From NCBI RefSeq assembly GCF_009834535.1, contig NC_045697.1:42658001-42722000 (forward strand): 64,000 bases of DNA, written 5' to 3'. A program made the position numbers and the translations under genes. Each line of letters begins with the position of its first letter. The stretch's first letter is position 1. A model generated the notes under the pieces. That model was not told where the DNA came from. It saw nothing but the letters and a program-made list of their open reading frames with translations, and ran no database searches. Below are positions 13,674 to 26,131 of this stretch, piece by piece. This DNA comes from Camelus ferus (lineage: Eukaryota).

Positions 13674-13864
13674 TTCCCTCATCACTTACAGCAGCATCGT
13701 CCCCTCAGCTTATGACTCCTTCCTCCAGCCCCTCTTATGTACCACTTATGGTACTATTGCTGTTAGTATCCTGTGCGGCTTGAGACATGGTGCGTTGCAC
13801 ATAGTAGGTGCTCAATATGCAGTTGCTGAATTTTACAAGGCAGCAAACTTGTAGGTTGCTTGGT

Positions 13865-14212
13865 GTCTTAGCTCAGGCTACTGTGACAGATTACCATGGA
13901 CTGGGTGGCTTTGATAGCAGTTACTTCCCACGGCCCTGGAGACTAAAGTCTGATGTCAGCTTGGTCAGGTCCTGGTGAGGGCAGGCCCCCTTCCTGGCCT
14001 GCAGATGGCTGCCCCTGCTCTCATGTGGCAGAGAAAGAGCTCTGGTGTTTCTTCCACTTCTTTAAGGGCATGAATCCCCCCACGGGGCTCTACCCTCATG
14101 GCCTCATCTAAACCTTTTGATCCCTGGGAGAGTTCCATCCCTTAATACCATCACATTGAGGGTTAGGGCTTAACTTAGGAATTTTGAAGGGACCAAAACA
14201 TTTAGTCCATTG
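13865..14212. mobile_element. MaLR solo LTR (MLT1A-like)
   Basis: TGTCTTAG...ACCATGGACTGGGTGGCTT...CCATCACATTGAGGGTTAGG...ACATTTAGTCCAT layout typical of MLT1/MST LTRs. Confidence 0.7.
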
Positions 14213-14564
14213 CTCTTGCTCATTCTCTCTTGATAAGAGAAGAGAGTCAGCTGATGCGTCAGAAAGCAAACCCTAAGTGGCCACACTGCTGACTCCAGAA
14301 ATTGGCCATCCCTGAAAACCACATGTTCACCTAGAAAGGTCTTGAGAAAATAAAAGATCACAGAAGGGAATCTAATGTATAATAGCTTCCTATATGTTCA
14401 TTCTTCTGGTCAAGTCATATAAATAGGGTCAAGTGGCCCGTGCCAGAGTTGTGAAAATAATGTTTTATGAAAGACTCAGTCAGTGCAGGAGACCAACTAC
14501 ATGTCTGTCTGAGGAGCTTCCTCTGGGCTGCTCAGCCGGTTGACAGCTGAACCTGCACTTTCTC

Positions 14565-14580
14565 TGCTCCCTCTAGTGGC
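14565..14580 (-). promoter_or_regulatory. Candidate CTCF site
   Basis: Reverse complement GCCACTAGAGGGAGCA is a close match to the CTCF core; motif evidence only. Confidence 0.45.
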
Positions 14581-17165
14581 TAAAACAGTTAACTTTTCAT
14601 TTGAAACCTTAAAACCGCAGCAGATGTTTTGTCTTGGTCATATGAAAATACCTCAGTTTGGTCAATTAAAAGAAATCACTAATGTATTTTAGTTATTAGT
14701 CATGCTATGCAGTTTCCTGTTTAATTAAATTAAACAGGACCACAGTGTTTAAAACTGGCAGAAAAAATAGTCTTTTTCATCTGTAATCCCTGTGGTAGAA
14801 TTTAAAAGCATGTGCCAGTGAGAGCTTGTCCCCTTTGGACATGTTACAGGTAAGAAGAGAGATGGCTCGTATCCCAGCACATCAGGGAAGAATTTGAAGC
14901 ACTCTATACAAAATAAAGTGGTTATCAGAAAATAAGAGAATAAAATTCAGAATGGATGTGTGTAGAAAGCATAGCTGAAACAAAAAATAAAGTACACATG
15001 TGTAGAAGAAATGGCGTAAATGCATGTTCCCAGGAATGACATTTTCCATCTCGTAGGAATCTTAATAGCTAATTAACTGGCTATGGGTGAACGATACAGT
15101 TGTCTTTTATTTAGGTTTTCTGTATTTTTCAGTAGGGAAGGTTTGATACGACATGCGTTAACCTTGAGGTAACATGCTCGTTGTGGACACTTAATTTGCT
15201 TTACAGTGGAATTGCGTACGAGGGACTAGGTGGTAGGAGAGAGAACAAGAGAACGTCAAGACTGAACCCCTCAAATAGATGATTAAGTTCTTAACTTAGG
15301 GACCAGCTTTCCTGTGTCCTTTCATCTCTCACAAAATTAGCACAGTGCCATGGTGTGTTCTTAAAGTACTTTTTAATCATTTGACTATAACTACACCCCT
15401 GGGCAATTCCCAGACAGGAAAATATGATACCATCTAATAACAGAGATTTAAATTTACTTCTAGAAATAAATGCTTAGGGAAATTTCAGATCCAATACACA
15501 CACAGAAAAAATTTAGTGGAAATACTGTTGCTCTCCATGTATTCCTATAATGTAAAAAAATAAATTACAAGCATAGGATTGCGAGTGAAGAAATTTTCTT
15601 GAAGAAATTCAAGAAAAGAATTACCCTATATATGTACCATTTACTACTGCAGGGAAAGGGGTTTGAACCAACTGACTTTCAGTCTGATATGCTCACGCCA
15701 GGTTATTTTCAGTTTTACGGTTGCTGGGATTTCATCGTAAGAGTATGTATTTACGTGATTATATCTAGAAAAGAGTGTGTGAAATTATCTTCATTAGCAA
15801 TCTATAGAAGTAGAAGATTCCCATTCAGATAAACTGGTTTGAGTGGGACTCTGAGGCCAAATACAAGGAAGGCCATGGAGTGTCATAGAAAAATCATGGG
15901 TTTTGGAGTGAGAAGGACCTGGTTCGAATCTGGCCCTGCTGTTTATTATATAAACATTTTCATCTCACTGAGCTAAGTTCATTCTCTGGAGAATGAGACT
16001 ATATACTGTCACCCCTGCATGATTGTTATGAGAGTTAAATATGTGTAAATCTCCCAGCAAAACTCTTTTGAGAGATTAAACGTGTGTTGTTTATGGCTAT
16101 GACCTCAGCCAAGCTCAGTTCCCTTCACCCCATCAGTTTGACTATCTCTAAAATGCTGTAAAAATAGAACCTATCTCTGAGGACTGTTAGGAGAATTAGA
16201 TAAGATAATATGCTTAAGATTCATAACACAGAGCCTGGCACATAAGACTTGCTCAGAAAGTTACGTGGCCGGTGTTGGCTCATACAGGGGCATCCAGGGC
16301 CTCTCGCAGCTCCCCTTCACCAGTGTCCTCGCTGTCACCAGCAGGCATGGGGGGCGGGCCAAATGAGCTTGCTGCACAGGAATACCATTGTGGCAGCGGA
16401 AGGGAAGTATATGAGAGCAGATCAAAAAGTATTTGTATCTGCAGAAGGAGGGAAGGATAATGAAACTAAGGAGGCTGCCTTGGAGCGTGTGCTTGTCTGA
16501 CGCCATAGGCATTTTTCTGTAGTTGAGCAGTTCACTGCTTTCTACCCCAGCCATCTTCTCAAAGACCTCCCCATTCATGTCAGAGTGAAAGCCACCCTGG
16601 GCTGTAGTTTATCTTTGTGCCCTGAGCTTTTATTCAAGATAATTTGAAAAATCATCTTTGTACTGTATAAAACCATCATCAAAGGTCTACCTATAGAGTG
16701 GTTTGTCGTCCACTTTATAAAAACCCACAGTGAACATTCTTCTCAGAACAGTTTTAGGAAAACATTGCTGACTATCTAGTGTGCTCCCTTTTATAGATAA
16801 TAAAAAGCTTTGTAAATCATACTATCTTTTTTTCGCTCCTTCTTGACCCTAGGATGCTCAAAGCTAAATTTTGTGCTTAATTAACTTTTTGATATAAATA
16901 CTCCCCTCCCCATTGACTTCACCGTCTTGGTTACTAGATTCCTGAGTTTTAGAGTTTGTTTAAATGGCTTTATGGTTAATTATTTTACCTGTATCTTATT
17001 AGAAACTGCCAGATCTCTTTTGGAAGTGAAGTATAATCATAGATATCGAATATTTATTAAATACTTTAAGTATTTAGAATACTATTTTTAGAGGAATGGA
17101 TTCGAAACAAGGTGTTTCACCTTTGCTTCCATTAAAAAAAATTATTTCTTTAAGCTTTTATTCTT

Positions 17166-17271
17166 GGGGGGGAGAATTAGGTTTCTTTGTTTGTTTGTTT
17201 ATTAAATGAAGGTACTGGGGGTTGAACCATTGCGTACTAAGCACGTGCTCTACCACTGAGCTGTACCCTCC
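17166..17271 (-). mobile_element. tRNA-derived SINE (Vic-1-like), diverged
   Basis: Reverse complement of the same head and tail as the other copies. Confidence 0.8.
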
Positions 17272-17464
17272 TCTGCCACTTCAATTGTTTTTTAATCTGT
17301 GGTCAGAGAAATAAGAGCATATAAGTATACATTCTGTCTCTCGTGACATATTTTATTACTTACCAGCAGGTTTGTTTTATATAATTATGTAACTATGGTA
17401 ATGTAACTGTAGTTGAGCCTTTGGTTGGTTGGTTCTGTTTCTAATTCTGAATTTTATTGACTAG

Positions 17465-17564
17465 GCTTCCCCTGAAAGATCTACAAGAACTCAGCAGAAG
17501 GAATTTCAGACTTACATTTTGGATAGTGTGATGGACCATTTGCTTGCAGCTGATGTCTTACTGG
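17465..17564 (+). CDS. WDFY3: WDFY3 exon 8: ASPERSTRTQQKEFQTYILDSVMDHLLAADVLL
   Basis: tag|GCTTCC, TGG|gtaaca, 100 nt. Confidence 0.95.
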
Positions 17565-17899
17565 GTAACACTCTGTTTTATTTTCACTTTGTGAAAGGAC
17601 CTATAATCACTCTGCTCTGCCCAAACCCCAAGTATACCTTCTTTTGAACTTTATCTCTTTACTACTTTTTTGTGCATTTCCCCTCTTACTGATATTTTCT
17701 ATGATGAGAAATGTGCCCGCCCAGCTCTTCCCTTTGAACCTGAGATAAAGAATCATCAGCAAGAAGCACTTAAGCTGCTTGTCCACATTTGTACACTAAG
17801 AAGTGGCAGGAAGAGGACAAGGAAAGAGGAAAAAAAGTTTTTAAAACTATAATATGTAAGCAGGTTGTATTTATTAATAATCAATACTTTTTAAAATTA

Positions 17900-18440
17900 A
17901 CTTACTGTAATATACTTACAAAGAAACAAATGATAAATGCAGCACTCCATGAATTGCCAGCCAGACAGCATGCCTGTGTAAGACCACTCAGATGGAAATG
18001 CGTTACCAGCACCTTTGGAAGTGCCCTCCTGCCCTGACCCAGTTACTGCTCACCAAGTCACTGTCTCAGCTGCGAAAATAGCAGATTCATTTTGCCTGCT
18101 TTTGAGCCTTATATACACAGAATCATGCAATATCTTTAGTCTAGCATTTCACACTCAGCATTATATTTGTGAGATTTTTCCATGTTGTTGCATGTAGCAG
18201 ACGTCCATTTATTTTCATCACTATGTAGTGTCCTATTGTATAAATATATAAATTTATCCATTTTGCTATTGATGGACATTTGGTAGTTTCTAGTTGGAGA
18301 CAAGTAGAAATAAACCTGCTATAAATGTCTTATTCATATGGGCCACACATGTGTGTAATATTTATACGTATCTGTTGAGTCTACACCTATGATTGGAATT
18401 GTTGGGTCTAGGTATCTGTGTTATTCTTCAGAGTGGCTTC
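17900..18440 (-). mobile_element. Old L1 (L1M) 3' fragment
   Basis: TTTCACTCAGCATTATATTTGTGAGATTTTTCCATGTTGTTGCATG...GATGGACATTTGG, typical antisense L1M 3' sequence; boundaries approximate. Confidence 0.65.
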
Positions 18441-19524
18441 CAGAACATAAAATCAAAGCACATTAAAACATTTTTTTCTGTGTGTCTGTATCTAGTTACA
18501 ATAAAACTGTAAACATTTATATGTAAAAATGGAGCTAACATTTATATATAAAAATGATAAAGTTTAAAGGAGAAGGAAAAGTAATGATTTAGCGTATTTG
18601 CCACTCGAGTTCCTAGTGATAGTATTAATCATAGGACCTTCATGCTATAACATTATCTTTTTTTTTTTTTAACAAAGTAAATTTGCCAAGAAATCTTTAG
18701 TATTGTCTTAACATGCAACTCTCAAATCATGGTGTCAAGTCAAACTTTGTTTTTATCACTTGAGAATCTTATAGTATCGGTCTTACTACATAAAGACACA
18801 AAACGAAGAGTTTTGCATCATGGAGTGATTCAGAGTTAGGTGGGAACCGTCATCACAATCAGTGCGGGCTCCTAACTTGCAGAGAGGAGGGGCTTGGAGG
18901 GGGCATTCTCGGTCGGAGGAGGAGCCAGGAGGGTCAGCCTGGAGGCAGCGTGCACACAGCAAGCGCACTGAAGGCACTGGGGCAGCCAGCAGGAGAGAAC
19001 CAGACTCACGGAGGGGTGAACAGGCCCCCTAGGCACCACCACCGCTGATTGTGGTTTATTTTTCACAGATCTTCTGAACCTCTTTTCTGCCTGTATCACT
19101 TCCTTGTGCTTAGAGGTACAGTCAGAAACAGAGTTTTGTTTAATGGTTTGCTTTACACTTTTATTACTTACACAGAATCAATTTACAGCTAATAAACTGA
19201 CTTAATTTTTCTCTCAAAGGGAAATCATCTGTCACTGACAGTTTAAGTTGAGGAACAGTTAGCTTTTCACAGACTGTCTTATGGCAGTAAGAGACTTCAG
19301 TCTCAATCTGTAATACTTTCATCCCGAAGAAATTACTTCTTCCGACATGTCTCTGACGTCTGGCCGTAAGCATCGTTTGCTTACAGTCATACATGAGAGC
19401 TGACTGTCCCACTTCTAAGTGCAGTGGATGTCCTCATGTTGCCTAAGCCTGATTTGTTTGAGGATCTGCTCTTGTGCTGCTGGACAGCAGTTTTCTTAGA
19501 CATTTTTTCCCTGCTGGAATTTAG

Positions 19525-19685
19525 GGGAAGATGCATCTCTGCCTATCACCAGTGGAGGGAGCTACCAGATATTGGTGAACAACGTGTTTTATTTCACACA
19601 ACGTGTGGTGGACAAGCTTTGGCAAGGCATGTTCAACAAAGAATCTAAACTTCTTATCGATTTTATAATTCAACTAATTGCACAG
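19525..19685 (+). CDS. WDFY3: WDFY3 exon 9: GEDASLPITSGG...IQLIAQ
   Basis: tag|GGGAAG, CAG|gtaatc, 161 nt. Confidence 0.95.
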
Positions 19686-20790
19686 GTAATCCATTGTCAT
19701 ATTAGCCGTAGAAGTACATGTTTTGCTGTTGAAAAACTTTGCCTAAGGTGTCAAAATTTTTGGACATAAATGTAATTAATAAGGTAATGAATGTTGACAT
19801 TTAATGTAAAGTGCAGCTAATTGAAAATGAATAAAACATGTAGACCTGTAACCCCACCCCTCTGTAGCCATAGCCTGGTGCCAGTGTTTTTAACATGTTA
19901 AGCTTCCTCATTCTCTCGAGCTGTGGACTCTGACTGACTTCCGCACTGGTATTGCTCTTTGCTGCCCACACAGCTGGATGGCTTCCTTTTGGTTTAAAGA
20001 CTTTGCACTAATAGGATTTGATAGGTTTTACAGTATGTTGCATCAGTGTATAAAGCTTTACAGAGGATGAAGGGTTGATATTAAGAGCATTCTCTTCGTG
20101 TAATTGAATCTTTACAAAGTCCATAGTAGTCCTTATTCCTTTGAAGATGTCATTTTAGTGCATGTCTGTGGTACCCTTGACTAAGGAATATTGGCCTCGT
20201 TTGGCACCAGTGATTCATCTTATTCAACACGCAATGTAAAAGTAGGAAATAGCCGTTGTCGTGTGTCGTTAGCATATGGTGCAGAGGTTCCTGCGTGTCA
20301 CCCAGGAATTTTTTAAGAATAAATTTCTATTTAAGCCGAAGAGAAGTTCTCAAGTGAGGAGATAAAACTAGAATGTTAGAAGTAGTTTTTTACGAACATT
20401 TTAGGTAATTTTTAAATTTTTATTTATTTATTTATCTTAGTAATTTTGAGTAGAGATCCATGACCCTAACAAAACTGGGTGGGTGGGTGACCCTACCCAG
20501 AGGGCACTTCTTCGTGTTCTCAGAGAGGCGTCTCTGCCCCACAGGAGTGCTAGCAGCTCTCCTCATCAAGAGATGCATTCATCCACAGCACTCATCGCAT
20601 TGAATTACATTTATGTGTTTCTTGGGTTCTGAACCTCACAAAAGCAAGAGATTTGTATTTTTTAACGTAGCATCCCAGTACTTAGCATGGTGTCTAGTAC
20701 ATAATAAACCTAATAAATGTTTGTGTATGAATGATAAGCAGATTTTTTTTTGGTCCATTTTACTAAATAAAGTATCTCTCATATCTTTAG

Positions 20791-21020
20791 TCAAAAAGAA
20801 GATCGCAGGGATTGTCACTGGATGCGGTTTATCACTGCCTCAATAGGACCATCTTGTACCAGTTCTCCCGTGCACACAAAACCGTTCCGCAGCAAGTAGC
20901 TCTCCTTGATTCGCTCCGGGTCCTGACTGTGAACAGGAACTTGATTCTGGGCCCTGGGAACCATGACCAAGAATTCATTAGCTGTCTGGCTCACTGCCTC
21001 ATTAACCTGCATGTTGGAAG
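20791..21020 (+). CDS. WDFY3: WDFY3 exon 10: SKRRSQGLSLDAVYHC...NLHVG
   Basis: tag|TCAAAA, AAG|gtaact, 230 nt. Confidence 0.96.
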
Positions 21021-22123
21021 GTAACTCTTTTAGGTTCAGTTTGCCAACTTGAATTTGTCTTTGATATTTTCCACCAGAACTCTTTGTTCTACTTTTTTGC
21101 TTTTAACATTTCTTTTTTCTTTAATCTCAGTTTTATTTAAAACTTCATGAAAAAATTGTTGCATTTTTGCAGTGAAATAATGAGTTTTTTCCCCTTTAAT
21201 TTTCTAGATCTTTAAATTTTTCATTAGTTACATGTCACATGTAATTTTAAAAAGAGTTTGTGTAAATTAGTTACACATTGTTGGAGGTTAAGGCAGGTAA
21301 AAAGAAAAGAATGCAATCAATAAATGTAATGGTATATGTTGAATAGGTAAAACTAGTATTTTTGTATTGATTGCTTGGACAGGTATTTCTTTGGTGTCTG
21401 TTGGGGGTGAGGCATTGAATTAGGGACTGGGATAAAATGTGAGTGAGAAAGCCCCTGGGGCAGGTCTTGGAGCATGCAGACTAGGAGGGAAGACTGATAA
21501 CAAAGCAATCCAGTCGGGTGTACTCAGTGCTCCGCCGGAAGCAAGGTGCTTTGGGAACACATCACAGGTGTCTCTCTCCTGGGAGAGACACCTGCTGAGT
21601 TACACGTTGAACCTGGTTGAGAAGGAGGTTAATCCTCCAAAGAGAATGGGGAAGAGTGATGTGGGAAGAAAGAGTTACCTATGCTCAGAGGGGAAAAAAG
21701 AATATGACACATCTGGGAAACAGCAAGAATTTCACTGCTGCTGGAGCATAGAGTGGTGAGATAAGAGATGGGAGAGGAGGTACAGGCATGTGAGGAGAAT
21801 GTTCTTAAATGAACTTTTTGTAACTTTTAGGTAAAACTTACTAGTGGTCAAAAAAGCATCTAAATAGTTAAGATGCTCGTCTTGACGCTATAGTTTAGTT
21901 TAATTACATTTAGTCAAGTGCATTTGTGAGATCACCCCTTAAAAATGGCATTTTCATGATAAATTAGTTCTATTTTGTGCATCTGCCAAATGTCTGTCTG
22001 CCAATTATGGAACTTTGTGACAGAACCAGCATTTACTTGTGACTGCAGAGTAGTACTTAGTCATTACAGTTTTCAGCTACAATCATTTCCTTCATATGGT
22101 TTAAACTGACTGGAATTTTTCAG

Positions 22124-22233
22124 CAATGTGGATGGATTTGGACTGGAAGCAGAGGCCCGCATGACTACATGGCACATTATGATCCCCTCTGACATTGAGC
22201 CACATGGTGGTTACAGCCAAGATATTAGTGAAG
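22124..22233 (+). CDS. WDFY3: WDFY3 exon 11: NVDGFGLEAEARMTTWHIMIPSDIEPHGGYSQDISE
   Basis: cag|CAATGT, AAG|gtaatt, 110 nt. Confidence 0.95.
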
Positions 22234-22943
22234 GTAATTGCTCCAATTTTTTTTCCCTTTTCTCCCCACTCATTTTTTGATTTTTAAGATACAACCAAAA
22301 AAACTGACTTCAGAAACTGCCAACATTGACAGCTGATCTCCCCAGAGGGCACACGTGAGCGTATGCCAGTATGCCCACCAACATATAGCAACGTGCTAGC
22401 TGTGCATCTCCTTATGCCAGGATGGGTAAACCACTAGCCACTGATACTGCCATCCCTCAATATTTCATTATAGCACTGGGAAACATAATGATACTCAAGT
22501 TTGCACAAGTAGCAACGCCAATACTAACTTAGCCCTTATCATTGAGGGAGCTGCCTGTTAGTAGTGTTAGGCCAGTCACATTGGAGGCAGGTATTGCTTG
22601 AGACAGGCTGTCAGTACGACCGTTTTTATTCTCTTTTATTCTTTCTTTTTAATCTAGTTTTCCCACTGATTTTCTAAGTTTCGTGCATCGAAGTCTTTGG
22701 GTAGATTGATTTCTAATTCCCAACGTTGTTCAATAGAAAAGAGTAGATAATTACGGTAGTGTGTGTGTCTCTCCAGCAATATAATGTGGGTGATTTTGCA
22801 TATGATTGTATCTTTTGTGAGTCCAGCACTCTTTCATTTAAGCATGAATTTGTTCTCTGTTCTTTCCTTAAAATTTCTTGAACCCCAGACACTGAGGGCT
22901 AAAAGTGATTGTTTTCACCCCTCCAAGGAACTGACAGTCTAGA

Positions 22944-23132
22944 ACACTGGTTCTCAAAGCGAGGCGCTCAGACTAGTAACATCAGCATCGTTGGGGAGCT
23001 TCTTAGAAAGCAGATTCTCTGGCCCCACTCAGATCTACTGAGTACTCAGTACTCGATAGCGGGGCAGGAGGGTGAGGACCGGCAATCTGTTCTAATAAGC
23101 CCCCAGGTGATTATGATGCTTGCTAAAGATTG
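22944..23132. mobile_element. MER5A-like hAT-Charlie fossil
   Basis: GGTTCTCAAAG...ATCAGCATC...GCAGATTCTC...CCCCAGGTGATT, similar to recalled MER5A. Confidence 0.7.
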
Positions 23133-23611
23133 GCTGGCTAGGGCAGGAATCAGACAAATTAGCAAGGAGTCCAAAGCAGGATGAAATTGAATAGTAAAAA
23201 CTCGAAAAATATTTGTTAATTTTTTCCCTCCTTTTGCAAAATATTCAAGAACAACTAACTTAATTGTGAAAATACCTTAAATATTTAGATCTAAAATTTA
23301 CTTTTAAATAGGGGATAAGGTCTTATATAGAATGGCTAGACGATGAAATGTGTATGTAACTTCCAGTTTTATAAATAAAAATGCAGTCTTTTTGCATGAA
23401 TATAAAGATTTTTTTATTAAGTTTTCCAGGAAGGCAACCACATTTTTGCTTATCTAAATAATCCTTTTTACTGAGCTGGGTATGATATGAAGCATTTTTT
23501 GGGCAATTAAGTACTGTGCATCTAAACTGAAATTCTTAGATGTAAAACAAGAAAACAAATACTAATTACATTTATATCCTTCTTGATCAGTTGCTCTTTT
23601 TTATTTCCTAG

Positions 23612-23794
23612 GGCGTCAGCTGCTTATAAAAGCTGTCAACAGAGTCTGGACTGAACTGATTCATAGTAAAAAGCAAGTCTTGGAGGAACTTTTCAAAGTT
23701 ACCCTACCCGTGAACGAACGAGGCCATGTGGACATAGCTGTAGCAAGGCCGCTCATCGAAGAAGCTAGCTTGAAGTGCTGGCAGAACCATTTGG
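23612..23794 (+). CDS. WDFY3: WDFY3 exon 12: GRQLLIKAVNRVW...WQNHL
   Basis: tag|GGCGTC, TGG|gtaaga, 183 nt. Confidence 0.95.
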
Positions 23795-24055
23795 GTAAGA
23801 AAGTCTACAGGGATCATGTGACCAAGAAACTTACACATGGCAATTGTATATATGAAAAGTCAGACTTCCCCAAAGGATATTATGATGGCAGTAGAAATGA
23901 AAAATCACTGCAGTATAGTCATTCTAGAATGATTATGCTGAGATTGGGCTTTTCTTCTTATATTTCTTAAAAATCTGAGATGTTTTATACATCAGGCATC
24001 TACAAGCTTAGAAAATACTACATTGCTCACAACTTAATATGGTCACCATCTTGGC

Positions 24056-24373
24056 TACAAGTTCATATCCCTTATCCAAGTTCATGAAATTCAAAATACC
24101 CTGAAAACCCAAGGTATTTTTATTAATTTGGTGCCAAAACTCACTTGGTAGCAAAACCTAACCTATCTTTGTTTATCATACTAAGTATAAATATTCACAG
24201 TTTGCTGCAAAAATATTTACTATATTACTAATTACGGTTTGTTACGCTCGACCCTCTGGTGGTATTATATAATATACAGTATATGTACCATATCACCTTT
24301 TAAAATTCAAAACATTCTAAAGTTCAAAGTATGCACAGTGCCAAAGCTTTTAGGTAGGGGATTGTGAATTGTT
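24056..24373. mobile_element. Tc1/mariner (Tigger-type) non-autonomous fossil
   Basis: Imperfect terminal inverted repeats CAAGTTCATATCCCTTATCCA / TAGGTAGGGGATTGTGAATTG with TA dinucleotides at or next to the ends. Confidence 0.6.
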
Positions 24374-24656
24374 AACACAGACACTGATGACATTTAAAAT
24401 AAATTTGCATATTATTACAGAGCTGTGAGGTTTCAACCAAATCTAAGTTCAATTAGTACAATAATTGTCAGGCAGCTATCCTTTTACAAGATCACCAATA
24501 AGTAAATGTCATGTCTAAGACAGCGTCTGCATCTGTAACATAAGCTGCTTTTGATAACTCCAGAACTTTGGTTTGTAACCATTATGCAAAAGTATTACAA
24601 GTAAGACTAACAAATGCATGGAGAAAATGTGAAATCATCTGAATTTAATTTTGTAG

Positions 24657-24814
24657 CCCATGAAAAGAAATGCATAATTCGAGGAGAAGCTTTAGTGCCC
24701 ACCACACAATCTAAATTGTCCCGTGTCAGCAGTGGCTTTGGTCTTTCCAAGTTAACAGGATCGAGAAGGAATCGAAAGGAAAGTGGTCTTAATAAACACA
24801 GCCTTTCCACCCAG
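24657..24814 (+). CDS. WDFY3: WDFY3 exon 13: AHEKKCIIRGEAL...HSLSTQ
   Basis: tag|CCCATG, CAG|gtacgt, 158 nt. Confidence 0.95.
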
Positions 24815-25148
24815 GTACGTTGTTTAGTTTCATTAATGATATTACTAGAAATTTCAAGGTTTAGTTGTAGGATTTTGTGTAATACACTTAACACATACAA
24901 ACCTATGATGTAAAATGAAACTTTTCTGCATTTTTGCTTTAGAAGAGAGAAATAACTCAGGTTATAGGAACTTCTCCCATTTTATTATGGTCAAATTGCA
25001 TTATGAATGTTGTGTATTTACATCCATCTTGTAACTGGACACAAGATGAGATTCAAATATTGATACATGATCAGACTATGGATAATTTTTTCCTAACTTT
25101 TATTAATTTTCAATAATTTTGTCAGTAGTTATATAAATTTTAAAGTAA

Positions 25149-25311
25149 GGAGGGTCAATGGTAGAGTACACACTCACCATGCACAAGGTCCTGGGTTCAA
25201 TCCCCATTAGCTCCATAATAAATAAATAAATAAATAAGTAAATAAGTAAATAAATAAATAAATAAATACCTACTTACCCCTCCCAATTTTTTTTAATAAT
25301 AAAATTGGTTC
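25149..25311 (+). mobile_element. tRNA-derived SINE (Vic-1-like) with target-site duplication
   Basis: GGTCCTGGGTTCAATCCCC B box, (TAAA)n tail; flanked by ATAAATTTTAAAG(T/C)AA at 25133-25148 and 25312-25327. Confidence 0.85.
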
Positions 25312-25500
25312 ATAAATTTTAAAGCAATAGCAAAATAAAATGGCTTTTTAAAAAGTAATCTCGCTGTATATGCCTGTGATTGCTTTTTAAAAACTAATCT
25401 ACCTCCAGCATTAATTTCTTCCTTATCATCTTTGCCATCCAGGAATCTTAGTGGCAGCTGTGAGAGGGTCTGGGAGAAACCATGTGTGTGAGTCATTCCA

Positions 25501-25870
25501 TGTGTCAGGTTGGGTTCTCCAGGAAGCACACAGAGAGGGAGTTCCGTGTGCAGAGTGTTTATTAGGGCTATTTGTGGAAGGAAGAGGAAGGAAGCAAGAC
25601 TGATCACAGGGACATGTCAGGTTACAGTGCAGATCTTGCCACAGACCCAGCTGACCCAAGTGGGGCTTTGGTGCCAAAATGTCGCAGTTGACCTGAACTG
25701 AACTGACATGGCTGAGCCAACTTCCCCCCAAATCATGCCACGGTCGTGTGTGGGCTGCCCCACAGCTCTCTCCCGCTATGGTGATCCCAGGTGCTGACAG
25801 CACTGCCACAGATGGGGGCAGTGAGCCCTTAAAAGGGGAAGGGGCGCTGGGGTACATGGGTGTGTGTCCA
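25501..25870. mobile_element. ERVL-type solo LTR fragment (LTR16-like)
   Basis: Start TGTGTCAGGTTGGGTTCTCCAGGAAGC resembles the LTR16/LTR33 class; GC-rich block in an AT-rich intron. Confidence 0.5.
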
Positions 25871-26053
25871 TCAAGTAAGCCTCCGTTAGATTCTTTTTAT
25901 CATTAGTCTTTCAGAGTTTTTTGTGGGGTTTTTGGATTGTTGTGGTGATTTTGATAGAATTTTAATTAATTGTTGGGCATTATTTTAAGGCTAGTTAACA
26001 TTTTTTCCAGGAAATCCATGACATATTAAGATTCTTTTTCCACCCATTGTTAG

Positions 26054-26131
26054 GAGATTTCTCAGTGGATGTTTACACACATCGCTGTTGTTCGTGACTT
26101 AGTAGATACACAATATAAGGAATATCAGGAG
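26054..26131 (+). CDS. WDFY3: WDFY3 exon 14: EISQWMFTHIAVVRDLVDTQYKEYQE
   Basis: tag|GAGATT, GAG|gtaaga, 78 nt. Confidence 0.95.

Noticed and set aside
18854..19053. 9-bp inverted repeat (CACAATCAG/CTGATTGTG) at the edges of a GC-rich patch
   Set aside because: Too short to exceed chance, with no TSD; the interior looks like a decayed repeat.
25426..25857. Longest ORF in the track (143 aa, - strand)
   Set aside because: It lies in a GC-rich LTR fragment, has no recognisable domain, and is expected by chance.
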